DNA of 64,000 bases, taken from contig JAYFNY010000001.1 of the NCBI GenBank assembly GCA_034933205.1, forward strand, positions 79,920 to 143,919, read 5' to 3'. The translations under genes were made by a program, and so were the position numbers. The stretch's first letter is position 1; each line of letters begins with the position of its first letter. Positions 8,729-17,350 of this stretch are shown piece by piece. Under the pieces are notes generated by a model. That model worked only from the letters and a program-made list of their open reading frames with translations, did no database searches and had not been told where the DNA came from. The DNA comes from Eubacteriales bacterium. GTDB taxonomy: Bacteria > Bacillota > Clostridia > Christensenellales > CAG-138.

Positions 8729-9661
8729 ATGCACCCTGCGACGAACCAAACAAACCGGCGGACGAAACGGAGCGCCCTGGACCGCGGCTGGTACGGGTAT
8801 CTGTTTATTGCGCCGTTTTTCGTCGTATTTCTGGTGTTTGGGCTGTATCCTATCGTCAGTACGTTTGAACTGAGCCTGCAGAAGTGGGACGGGCTGATGC
8901 CCGCCGTGCAGATCGGGCTGAAAAACTACGTGCGCATCTTCTCCGACAAGGTGTTTTACCTTTCGCTTTGGAATACGCTCCGCATCTGGATCGGCAATGC
9001 GATTCCGCAGTTTGGCATCGCCTTGGTTCTGACGGCGATCTTTACGTTTTCCCGCGTGCGGGGCAAAAACTTCTACCGGGCGGTATTCTATCTGCCGAAC
9101 CTGATCACCGCCACGTCCGTGGGCCTTTTGTTCAACCTGCTGCTGGACGGCGACAACTCGCCGGTCAACCAGCTTCTTGTCGCGCTCGGCGTGCAGGGCG
9201 CGCCCGTGAGTTTCTTCTTCAGCAAATCGCTCACGAGCGGACTTGTTTCGTTCGTGCAGTGGTGGATGTGGTTTGGTTATACTACGGTGATCATCCTCGC
9301 GGGGACCACCACCGTGGACAAAAGTATGTACGAAGCCGCCATGGTGGACGGCGCGAGCAAGGCGCAGACCTTTTGGCGAATCACGATTCCGCTGATCCGG
9401 CCGACGCTGATCTACCTTTTGATCACGTCGTTTATCGGCGGCATGCAGCTTTTTGACGTTCCGCTTACGCTCTCCAATAATCTGGGCGACCCGGGCAAGG
9501 CGGTGCTGACCGTTTCGATGTATCTTTACAATCAGGGGTTCAAGAATTTCAACTATGGATATTCCGCCACCATTTCCTGCGTGCTGTTCCTCTTTATCGC
9601 GGGAATGAGCGGCTTTGCCTATCGGGCCATGCGCAGAAAGGACGGGATGTATAAGCTATGA
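8729..9661 (+). CDS. ABC sugar transporter permease (MalF/BPD_transp_1 type)
   Basis: 310 aa with multiple hydrophobic helices and the EAA-loop region MYEAAMVDGASKAQTFWRITIPLIRP. RBS AAGGGGGAAA. Confidence 0.9.
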   Translation: MHPATNQTNRRTKRSALDRGWYGYLFIAPFFVVFLVFGLYPIVSTFELSLQKWDGLMPAVQIGLKNYVRIFSDKVFYLSLWNTLRIWIGNAIPQFGIALVLTAIFTFSRVRGKNFYRAVFYLPNLITATSVGLLFNLLLDGDNSPVNQLLVALGVQGAPVSFFFSKSLTSGLVSFVQWWMWFGYTTVIILAGTTTVDKSMYEAAMVDGASKAQTFWRITIPLIRPTLIYLLITSFIGGMQLFDVPLTLSNNLGDPGKAVLTVSMYLYNQGFKNFNYGYSATISCVLFLFIAGMSGFAYRAMRRKDGMYKL

Positions 9662-10485
9662 ACCGGCCGAAATTCCGCTTTTCCGCGCTGACGGTGCGCC
9701 TGCTGCTGATCTTTCTGACGCTGCTCTGCGCGGTGCCGTTTCTGATCGTATTTATCAACAGCACGCATTCCAGCCTGGATATCGTGAAAAAGTTCAACCT
9801 GCTGCCCGGCGACTCGCTGGCGGAGAACTACGCGACCATGCAGTCGCTCGTGGATATCTGGCGCGGGTTTCTCAACAGTATCCTCATTACGGTGCCCTAT
9901 ACGGCGCTGACCGGGTATTTCGGCGCGATGATCGCCTACGGGTTTGCCAAGTACCGTTTCCGGTTCAAAAACCTGCTCTATGCCGTCGTGCTGATCTCCA
10001 TGATGCTTCCCTCGCAGCTGAGCATTATCGGATTCTACCGGCTTTGCCTGAAGCTGCATATGACCAACAGCTACTGGCCGTTCATCCTGCCCGGTATCGC
10101 GAACGCGACGACGGTGTTCTTTCTGCGCGGCATGATCGAGCAGAGCATTTCGGATTCCATGATCGAGGCGCCGCGCATCGAGGGCTGTTCGGAATTCGGC
10201 ATCTTTAACCGCATCGTTCTGCCCTGCATCCTGCCGGGCGTGGCGACGATGTGCATCTTCAACTTCGTAGCCTCCTGGAACGCGTATATGGGGCCGCTGA
10301 TCATCATGCAGCAAAAGGAACTCTATACCATGCCGGTCATGATCTCCATGATCAAAGGGCTTTATGTTACGAATTACGGGGCGATGTATCTGGCGGTTGC
10401 GATCTCCGTGATCCCCATTATGATCGTATTTGCCGTTTTCTCGCGCTACATCATCGACGGTTTGACGACCGGTTCGGAAAAATAG
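9658..10485 (+). CDS. ABC sugar transporter permease (MalG type)
   Basis: 275 aa whose start overlaps the upstream stop (ATGA). EAA-loop-like MIEAPRIEGCSEFGIFNRIVLP, with six predicted hydrophobic helices. Confidence 0.9.
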   Translation: MNRPKFRFSALTVRLLLIFLTLLCAVPFLIVFINSTHSSLDIVKKFNLLPGDSLAENYATMQSLVDIWRGFLNSILITVPYTALTGYFGAMIAYGFAKYRFRFKNLLYAVVLISMMLPSQLSIIGFYRLCLKLHMTNSYWPFILPGIANATTVFFLRGMIEQSISDSMIEAPRIEGCSEFGIFNRIVLPCILPGVATMCIFNFVASWNAYMGPLIIMQQKELYTMPVMISMIKGLYVTNYGAMYLAVAISVIPIMIVFAVFSRYIIDGLTTGSEK

Positions 10486-10497
10486 GAGGGAGTTCCC

Positions 10498-11844
10498 TTG
10501 GCAAACATATCCTGGCATATTTCCGGAGAAAACGCGCGCTGGATGGCGAAACAGCCGGAAACGGTGAACGCTCCGGCTACGCTGGAACCCGACGGGCGCA
10601 CCTATCAGCGGATGGAAGGGTTCGGCGGATGCTTCAACGAGCTTGGTTTCCGCGCGCTTTCGCACCTCTCCGGCGCGGACCGCGCGGAACTCCTTTCCGA
10701 GTTGTTTTCGCCGCAGAGAGCGAACCTGAACCTTTGCCGGCTGCCGATCGGCGCGAACGATTATGCCGAAGACTGGTACAGCCTCGACGAGACGCCCGGC
10801 GATTTTTCGCTGGCGCATTTCAGCATCGAGCGCGACAGGCGCTGCCTGATTCCCTATATCAAAGAGGCGCTGGGATATCAGCCGGAGATGAAGCTGTTCG
10901 CTTCCCCCTGGAGCCCGCCGACCTGGATGAAGGACCCGCCCGTTTACAACTGGGGGAAGCTGATTTGGACGCCGGAAAACCTGTGCGCCTATGCGAACTA
11001 TTTCGTTCGGTTCGTGCAGGCTTACGCGAATGAGGGCGTGCGCGTGGATCAGGTCCACGTGCAGAACGAGCCGGTCGCGAACCAGAAATTTCCCTCCTGC
11101 ATGTGGACGGGCGAGGAGCTGCGCGATTTTATCCGCGACTACTTGGGGCCGGCGCTGCGCGAAGGCTCCCCGGAAACCGAGCTATGGCTCGGCACCATCA
11201 ATGCGCCGGGCTGCGACTATCGCAAGCTGATTTTCGATAAGTGGGCGACGGAGGACTACGACTATTTTGCCAACGTCGTGCTATCGGACGAGCGGGCGCT
11301 CTCGTTCATCACCGGCGTAAGCTATCAGTGGGGCGGAAAGATCGCCATCCAGCGAACCTTCGAAAGCTGGTGGCCGCGCGTACGGCTGATGCAGTCCGAA
11401 AACGAATGCGGGTTCGGCGACAATACCTGGGATTATGCGCTCTACGTCTGGACGATGCTGAAGCACTACATCGCCAACGGCGCGGAGAGTTACCTGTATT
11501 GGAACCTGATACTGGAGCCGGACGGACGCAGCACCTGGGGGGATCCGCAGAACGCGATGGTCACGGTCGATCCCGGAACGGGGCGGTACGAGCGAAACCC
11601 CGATTTTTACGTGATGAAGAGCTGCTCCGCCATTGTGCAGCGCGGCGCGGTGCGCCTCGGCATGAAGGGCGCGTGGGCGGCGGATACGCTCGCGTTTGCC
11701 AATCCCGACGGTTCGCTCGCGCTTTCCGTCCTGAATCCTTTCCGCGAAACGCGCCCGCTTACGCTTAACCATGCGGGAGAAACGCTCCGCTTTGCCCTGG
11801 AACCGCGCTCCGTCAGCAGCATACTGCTTGCGCCGGAGCAATAA
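10498..11844 (+). CDS. Glycoside hydrolase family 30 (glucosylceramidase-like), no signal peptide
   Basis: TTG start 5 nt after AGGAGGGAG. GH30 blocks: MEGFGGCFNELG, FASPWSPPTWMK, acid/base context VHVQNEP, and nucleophile context LMQSENE. Confidence 0.85.
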   Translation: MANISWHISGENARWMAKQPETVNAPATLEPDGRTYQRMEGFGGCFNELGFRALSHLSGADRAELLSELFSPQRANLNLCRLPIGANDYAEDWYSLDETPGDFSLAHFSIERDRRCLIPYIKEALGYQPEMKLFASPWSPPTWMKDPPVYNWGKLIWTPENLCAYANYFVRFVQAYANEGVRVDQVHVQNEPVANQKFPSCMWTGEELRDFIRDYLGPALREGSPETELWLGTINAPGCDYRKLIFDKWATEDYDYFANVVLSDERALSFITGVSYQWGGKIAIQRTFESWWPRVRLMQSENECGFGDNTWDYALYVWTMLKHYIANGAESYLYWNLILEPDGRSTWGDPQNAMVTVDPGTGRYERNPDFYVMKSCSAIVQRGAVRLGMKGAWAADTLAFANPDGSLALSVLNPFRETRPLTLNHAGETLRFALEPRSVSSILLAPEQ

Positions 11845-11864
11845 CGAATACCGAGGAACACGAC

Positions 11865-13196
11865 ATGCAAGCAACCGCGGCCACGACCGAATATCGCAAC
11901 AGGGCCATTCTCCACTCCAAAACCGACTGCGCCGTCTCGCTGGACGACGGCTCGCAGGAATGCGACGTGATCAATCTCTATCCCGATCGGCTCAACCAGA
12001 CCGTGCTCGGCTTTGGCGGAGCCGTTACCGAAGCGGCGGGCGATACGCTCCTGCGGCTGCCGCAAGAGAAGCGGCAGGAACTGCTGCGGGACTGTTTCGG
12101 CAGGGAAGGCCTTTGCTATACCCTCGCGCGCACGTCCATCGACAGCTGCGACTTTTCCCTTTCGCAGTATGAGGCGGCGCCGTATGCGGGCGCGCCGTTT
12201 CGCATTACGCGGGACGAGGCGAGCATTCTTCCCGTTTTACGCGAGGCGCAGGCGTTTTGTCCGGGACCGATCTCGCTGATGCTCACGCCCTGGTCTCCGC
12301 CGGCCTATATGAAGGATAACGGCGAGCGCAGTCACGGCGGGAAGCTCAAAGCGGAATACTACGGCGCGTGGGCGGACTATATTTGCCGTTATGTGGCGGA
12401 ATACCGCGCGCGCGGCGTCCGCGTTGACCGGCTCTCCATTCAAAACGAACCGAATGCCGTTCAGCGCTGGGACAGCTGCCTCTTTTCCGGCGCGGAGGAG
12501 AAGCGCTTTCTGCGCGACTTTCTTGCGCCGGCGCTGAAAAAAAACGGCCTGAACGACGTGGCCGTTTACATTTGGGACCATAATAAGGAGCGCCTTTTCG
12601 ACCGCGTATGCGAAGTAGTGGATGAAGAGACGCTTCCGCTGATCGCCGGCGCCGCGTTTCACTGGTACAGCGGCGACCATTTCGACGCGTTGCGGCTCGT
12701 GCGCAGGGAGTACCCGAAACTGGAACTGCTTTTTTCGGAAGGGTGCATCGAATACGGCCGGTTTGCCGCGGAGAACCAGCTGCAGAGCGCGCGGATTTAC
12801 GGCCGCGACCTGATTGGCAACTTCAACGCGGGCATGAACACTTTTATCGACTGGAATCTCGCGCTCAACGAATCGGGCGGGCCGAACCATGCGGAGAATT
12901 ACTGCGACGCGCCGATCCTCTGCGACACGCGCGCGGGCACGTACGAAAAACGTCTTTCCTACTATTATATCTGGCACTTCAGCCATTTTATCAAAACCGG
13001 CGCGCGGCACGTCAGTTCCACCCGGTTTGGCGGCGAGGTGAGCGCGGCGGCGTTTCAAAATCCGGATGGCGCGATCGTCGTCGTGCTCCTCAACACGACT
13101 CCGGCGCAAAGGAAGGTGTTCCTTCGCCTGAACGGGTCGGTCGTTGAAGCGACGCTCCCGCCGGATGCGATTGGCACCGTTACGATCCGAGAATGA
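11865..13196 (+). CDS. Glycoside hydrolase family 30, second paralog, no signal peptide
   Basis: GFGGAVTEAAG, LTPWSPPAYMK, LSIQNEP, LLFSEGC. Same block order as the upstream GH30. Confidence 0.85.
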   Translation: MQATAATTEYRNRAILHSKTDCAVSLDDGSQECDVINLYPDRLNQTVLGFGGAVTEAAGDTLLRLPQEKRQELLRDCFGREGLCYTLARTSIDSCDFSLSQYEAAPYAGAPFRITRDEASILPVLREAQAFCPGPISLMLTPWSPPAYMKDNGERSHGGKLKAEYYGAWADYICRYVAEYRARGVRVDRLSIQNEPNAVQRWDSCLFSGAEEKRFLRDFLAPALKKNGLNDVAVYIWDHNKERLFDRVCEVVDEETLPLIAGAAFHWYSGDHFDALRLVRREYPKLELLFSEGCIEYGRFAAENQLQSARIYGRDLIGNFNAGMNTFIDWNLALNESGGPNHAENYCDAPILCDTRAGTYEKRLSYYYIWHFSHFIKTGARHVSSTRFGGEVSAAAFQNPDGAIVVVLLNTTPAQRKVFLRLNGSVVEATLPPDAIGTVTIRE

Positions 13197-13198
13197 GC

Positions 13199-13232
13199 AA
13201 AGGCCGACGCGGAAAACCGCGTCGGCCTTTTC
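13199..13232. terminator. Rho-independent terminator between convergent genes
   Basis: Perfect 12-bp stem AGGCCGACGCGG-aaaa-CCGCGTCGGCCT, flanked by AAA on one side and TTTTCC on the other. Confidence 0.8.
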
Positions 13233-13286
13233 CGTGCATGCCGGGACAGGTTTAAAGAAGGAACCCGTTTTGCTGCAACCGGGAAA

Positions 13287-13994
13287 TTACGGCAGGAGCA
13301 GGCGGAGCAGCTCCGCATAACCATACACGGTGTAGGTGGGCAGATCGCTGACGCTTTGGGGTGAGTCGTCCTTGCGGAACCAGCATGTGTCGATTCCGGC
13401 GTTGACGCCGCCCTGAATATCGGCGGAAAGAGAATCGCCGATGACGAGGCACCGTTCCCGCCCGGGATCGCCCAGCGCGCCGAGCACGAAATCGAAGTAT
13501 TCCTTGCTGGGTTTCTGCACGCCCATCTCCTGCGAAATGAACACGCCGGAAAGATAGGGCAAAAAGCCGGAGCGTTTGAGCCGCTCGCGCTGCACGAGCG
13601 TCAGCCCGTTCGTAACGACCGCGAGCCGGTAGCAAGCGCTGAGCTTTTGCAGCGCGTCCAGCGAGCCGTCCAGCAGCACGGCCTGTCTGCCGAGATTTTC
13701 GACATAGCGGTCGTTGAGCGCGGGGCCTTCCGCCGGGTCGCGGTTGAGGTACGACGCGAATTCCTCGAAGCGGAGCCGCTGCACCGCTTTGCTGTCCAGC
13801 AATCCCGCTTCGAACTTGGTCCAGACGGACTGGTTGATTTCGACATACGTTTGGTAGTCGGGTTCCGAAATGGGAAGCCCGATCTGCTCCATCGTCTGAA
13901 ACAGAGCGGCTCTTTCGCCCGCGGAGAAGTCCAGCAGGGTATTGTCTACGTCGAACAGCAGATAGCGATAACGAAGGGCGTTTGAATTCGGCAT
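13287..13994 (-). CDS. HAD-superfamily hydrolase (YjjG/5'-nucleotidase-like subfamily IA)
   Basis: HAD motif I (LLFDVDNTLLDF) lies right after the Met chosen at 13994; the track ORF extends to 14072. Motif III/IV region is VIGDSLSADIQGGVNAGIDTCWF. Confidence 0.75.
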   Translation of the reverse strand: MPNSNALRYRYLLFDVDNTLLDFSAGERAALFQTMEQIGLPISEPDYQTYVEINQSVWTKFEAGLLDSKAVQRLRFEEFASYLNRDPAEGPALNDRYVENLGRQAVLLDGSLDALQKLSACYRLAVVTNGLTLVQRERLKRSGFLPYLSGVFISQEMGVQKPSKEYFDFVLGALGDPGRERCLVIGDSLSADIQGGVNAGIDTCWFRKDDSPQSVSDLPTYTVYGYAELLRLLLP

Positions 13995-14134
13995 GGATAC
14001 CAACCTTTTTACACGGTTTGGACGGCCGCGCATGTTTCTATCTACCTTACACGATTCTTGCGCGAAGTTCAACGGCCGATTGACGGCAAACCCGATCGAT
14101 CCCGCAGGACGCGCCGAAATCTAAATGGAATACG

Positions 14135-14158
14135 AAAAAAGCCGTATCGAATACGGCC
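14135..14158 (-). terminator. Rho-independent terminator downstream of the AraC-family gene
   Basis: Minus strand reads GCCGTAT-tcga-TACGGC followed by TTTTTT. Confidence 0.6.
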
Positions 14159-14164
14159 GGTCCG

Positions 14165-14266
14165 GAGGGCCTTTCGCGCAGGCGCGCAAAGGGCGCTTTC
14201 CTATTTACAACAATATGTTGACCTGACCGAGGGCCTTTTACGCAGGCGCGCAAAGGGCGCTTTTTT
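14165..14266. repeat. Pair of about 37-bp direct repeats (GAGGGCCTTT..CGCAGGCGCGCAAAGGGCGCTTT)
   Basis: Copies at 14165-14200 and 14229-14266 are nearly identical. Each can form an imperfect GGCCTTT/AAAGGGC hairpin, and the second is followed by TTTTTT. Confidence 0.8.
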
Positions 14267-14268
14267 GT

Positions 14269-15156
14269 TCAGTTCAGCTTGTACCAGCTTTGGCGGAACG
14301 CGTTCGGCGTGATCCCTTCCCGCTGCTTGAATTGATTGATGAAGTGGCTCGGGTTCTCGATGCCGACTTCGAACGCGATCTGATTGATCGTGTCGTTCGT
14401 GGTTCGAAGCAGCTCCTTGGCGCGGTTGAGACGCGTGAAAATTAGAAACTCGTTTGGCGTAAATCCGGTATATCGCTTGAAAAGCTTTTGAAAATAGAAT
14501 TTATTCATGGAAAACTGCTCCGCGAGGTCGTCCAGCGTAACGCGCGCGTTATAGTGGTCGAGCAGATAGGTGCGCGCTTCCTGAATACAGGCGGGAATCA
14601 GCTCGTGCTCCGGCAGCGTGCAGGTGCTCAGTACGCAGTCGCTCATGAGGTCCGTCAGCAGGCGCGCCGCGCGGATATCCCCCGCGAGCGTGCTTTGTCC
14701 GTGCTTATAGAGCTCCATCAATTCGCGCAGAATCGCGGGGGCGGCGGTGTTGGGAGGAAGCGTGGCCACGTTACGCCCGTCGTTCTGCGCAAGGAACAGG
14801 TCGTAATAGCGCGCGCAGCCGTGCCCGAAAAAGTGCACCCAAAGCATGTGCCATTCTTTTTTGACGGGGCTGGTCTGGTAATACTGCGGCTTCTGGCATT
14901 CGATCCAGAAGATCTGGCCAGGCCGGACGGCTTCCGTAACGCCGTTGTATTCCAGGGTGCCTTCTCCGGAGATGATATATTTGATCAGGTACGAAGTCAG
15001 ACCTGCGCGGCGCGTATAGTATTTCTCCCGCGCAAAGAAATCGCCGAGTTCCTGCACATACGGAAGGCTGCGTTTGACCTGCTGTCCCGGCGTAACGGTC
15101 AGCCACGTGGAGCTGGGCGTAATGTCCAGTTCGTAATTCAGTTGCACTCCGGCCAT
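14269..15156 (-). CDS. AraC-family transcriptional regulator (cupin sensor + C-terminal double HTH)
   Basis: 295 aa. The C-terminus ...VTLDDLAEQFSMNKFYFQKLFKRYTGFTPNEFLIFTRLNRAKELL...INQIAFEVGIENPSHFINQFK is a canonical AraC HTH. AGAGGAGAAA RBS. Divergent from the rhamnose genes. Confidence 0.9.
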   Translation of the reverse strand: MAGVQLNYELDITPSSTWLTVTPGQQVKRSLPYVQELGDFFAREKYYTRRAGLTSYLIKYIISGEGTLEYNGVTEAVRPGQIFWIECQKPQYYQTSPVKKEWHMLWVHFFGHGCARYYDLFLAQNDGRNVATLPPNTAAPAILRELMELYKHGQSTLAGDIRAARLLTDLMSDCVLSTCTLPEHELIPACIQEARTYLLDHYNARVTLDDLAEQFSMNKFYFQKLFKRYTGFTPNEFLIFTRLNRAKELLRTTNDTINQIAFEVGIENPSHFINQFKQREGITPNAFRQSWYKLN

Positions 15157-15460
15157 ATGATTTCTCCTCTAGCCAAGATAATTGGATGAATTGCCAACAT
15201 TAATCAGTGACAAAGGGACTATAATCTGCAATACTTAGTGCAGATCAAGTATATACCACTGTAATCCAACAATGCAACAATTCCAATAGTTCTTGCTTTT
15301 GTCCGTGAGAAAATACCGATGAGAGAGATGAAAACAGTCAGAGCCGGATTTCTGCTCTAAACCAAGATTCTGATATAAAAAGCCAACATTGTAACACAAG
15401 ATAGTTTGATATCCTGTGCTTAATAAAATTCTCCGCAACAGGACGGAGGGAGCGACTGAA

Positions 15461-15775
15461 ATGGAACGATATGCCTGGAAAGCCCGTATACTTCCCGGAA
15501 AGCTGGAAGAGTATGAGAAACGCCACAGCGAGATCTGGCCGGCTATGACGGAAGTGCTCAACGAGGCCGGAATCCACAATTATACCATCTGGAACGTCGG
15601 CGACGAAGTGTTTGGCTACTACGAGTGCGAGAGCGTTGCCCACGCCGCGCGCGTTCAGGCGGAGAGCCCCATCGTGGCCAAGTGGAACGAGTATATGAAG
15701 GACGTAATGGTCATGGAGATGGATCCGGTGACCGGCGCGCAGCCCCGGATGAAACAGGTGTTTTTCCACAAATAA
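15461..15775 (+). CDS. rhaM: L-rhamnose mutarotase
   Basis: 104 aa starting MERYAWKARILPGKLEEYEKRHSEIWPAM.., the typical RhaM/YiiL sequence. GGAGGGAG RBS about 9 nt upstream. The track ORF's earlier start (15416) lacks an RBS. Confidence 0.9.
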   Translation: MERYAWKARILPGKLEEYEKRHSEIWPAMTEVLNEAGIHNYTIWNVGDEVFGYYECESVAHAARVQAESPIVAKWNEYMKDVMVMEMDPVTGAQPRMKQVFFHK

Positions 15776-15892
15776 TCGCGATTCGGACAGGGTTGTCCCC
15801 ATATGCGGGATACTTACCGGTTCTTTGGAGGAAAGGCAGGATCCGGCGCCGGCTGGGCCGGCAGGGCAGGCAGGATCAGACAGCATCCGATC

Positions 15893-16037
15893 GATATATA
15901 AAACACAGAATAAAACAGACGGTTCAAAACAGACGATATAAAACAAGCAATATAAACAAGTAAAACACACCGTATAAAACAGACGATATCAATCAGTCGA
16001 AAAGACAGAGAAATAAAACAGTCAGTAAAATATAACA
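15893..16037 (+). repeat. A-rich tract with iterated (T)AAAACA motif in the rhaM-rhaA spacer
   Basis: Seven exact AAAACA plus three near copies within about 145 nt. Sub-repeats: ATAAAACAGACG at 15910-15921 and 15974-15985; CAGACGATAT at 15930-15939 and 15980-15989. Confidence 0.8.
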
Positions 16038-16078
16038 GGCGCGCATCCGCGCGCATCATGATCACGGGAGATTTCTAC

Positions 16079-17341
16079 ATGCAGCAAGATTCGATCGACC
16101 AGGCCTACGAAATAGCAAAGGCGCGATACGCCGAATTCGGCGTCGATACGGACGCCGCCATCCGGCGGGCGGACGCGATTGCCGTTTCGATGCACTGCTG
16201 GCAGGGGGACGACGTCATCGGTTACGACGGTTCGGATACGCTGACCGGCGGCATCCAGACAACCGGCAACTACAGGGGACGCGCGCGCACGCCGGACGAA
16301 CTGCGCGCCGATATTGAAAAAGCGCTGACCCTGATTCCCGGCAAGACCAAACTGAGCCTGCACGCCAGTTACGCCGAAAAAGCCGGCAGGACGATCGATC
16401 GGGACGCTTACACGATCGCCGAGTTTTCGAACTGGCTTGACTGGACGCGGAAAGTCGGCCTGGGGCTCGACTTTAATCCAACGTTCTTTTCCCACGCCAT
16501 GATGGACGGGGACTTTTCCCTGAGCAGCTTTGACGAAACGAAGCGCAGATTCTGGATAGAGCACGGCAAGCGCTGCCTCGAAATTGCGCAGGCGTTTGCC
16601 GAAGGAACCGGCCAGCCGTGCACGGTGAACTTCTGGATGCCGGACGGGTACAAGGACACCTGCGTGGACACGGTGCGCCACCGCGATTTGATGACGCGTT
16701 CTCTGGACGAGATCTTCGCGCATCCCGTGGACGATTCCAAGGTGCTCGCCGCCGTGGAAAGCAAACTCTTCGGCGTAGGGCTGGAAAGTTACACGGTCGC
16801 CAGCCACGAGTACGCCTTCGGGTATGCGGTCAGCCGCAGGAAGCTGTATACGCTCGATGCGGGCCATTTCCATCCGACCGAGGTCATCAGCGCGAAGATA
16901 TCCGCGGTGCTGCAGGTGCTCGACAAGATCCTGCTGCATGTCAGCCGGGGCGTGCGCTGGGACAGCGACCACGTGATTACGCTCGACGACGAGCTGCAGC
17001 GCATTATGGACGAAATCGTCTGGAACGGATTTGAGGACCGTGTCTTTATCGGTCTCGATTACTTTGACGCTTCGATCAACCGCATCGCCGCATGGGCCAT
17101 CGGAATGCGCAACGCCAGAAAGGCGATCCTCAACGCGTGCCTTGCGCCGATCGATCCGATCCGCGCGGCGGAACGCGCCGGGGACTACACGGAGAGATTC
17201 GCCCGCCTGGAAGACCGCAAGACGCTGCCGCTCGGCGCGGTCTGGGCGCATTACTGCGAAATGAAGGGGATTCCGCAGGACGGCGCGTGGCTGGACGAAG
17301 TCAAGGCATATGAACGCGACGTGCTTTCAGCACGCGGATAA
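16079..17341 (+). CDS. rhaA: L-rhamnose isomerase
   Basis: About 420 aa. MQQDSIDQAYEIAKARYAEFGVDTDAA...HCWQGDDV...LHASY... matches RhaA. GGGAGA RBS 7 nt upstream of ATG 16079. Confidence 0.9.
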   Translation: MQQDSIDQAYEIAKARYAEFGVDTDAAIRRADAIAVSMHCWQGDDVIGYDGSDTLTGGIQTTGNYRGRARTPDELRADIEKALTLIPGKTKLSLHASYAEKAGRTIDRDAYTIAEFSNWLDWTRKVGLGLDFNPTFFSHAMMDGDFSLSSFDETKRRFWIEHGKRCLEIAQAFAEGTGQPCTVNFWMPDGYKDTCVDTVRHRDLMTRSLDEIFAHPVDDSKVLAAVESKLFGVGLESYTVASHEYAFGYAVSRRKLYTLDAGHFHPTEVISAKISAVLQVLDKILLHVSRGVRWDSDHVITLDDELQRIMDEIVWNGFEDRVFIGLDYFDASINRIAAWAIGMRNARKAILNACLAPIDPIRAAERAGDYTERFARLEDRKTLPLGAVWAHYCEMKGIPQDGAWLDEVKAYERDVLSARG

Positions 17342-17350
17342 GGAGGCTGC

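Noticed and set aside
13995-14072. Longer N-terminal extension of the HAD hydrolase (track start 14072)
   Set aside because: HAD motif I (DVDNTLLDF) must sit near the N-terminus. The extension (MNFAQESCKVDRNMRGRPNRVKRLVS) has no homology and overlaps the terminator-rich spacer. The Met at 13994 is preferred, although the RBS is weak.
15803-15963. Short ORFs running through the A-rich rhaM-rhaA spacer
   Set aside because: There is no RBS, and the translations are low-complexity K/N/T/Q strings dictated by the AAAACA repeats. The region is treated as non-coding.
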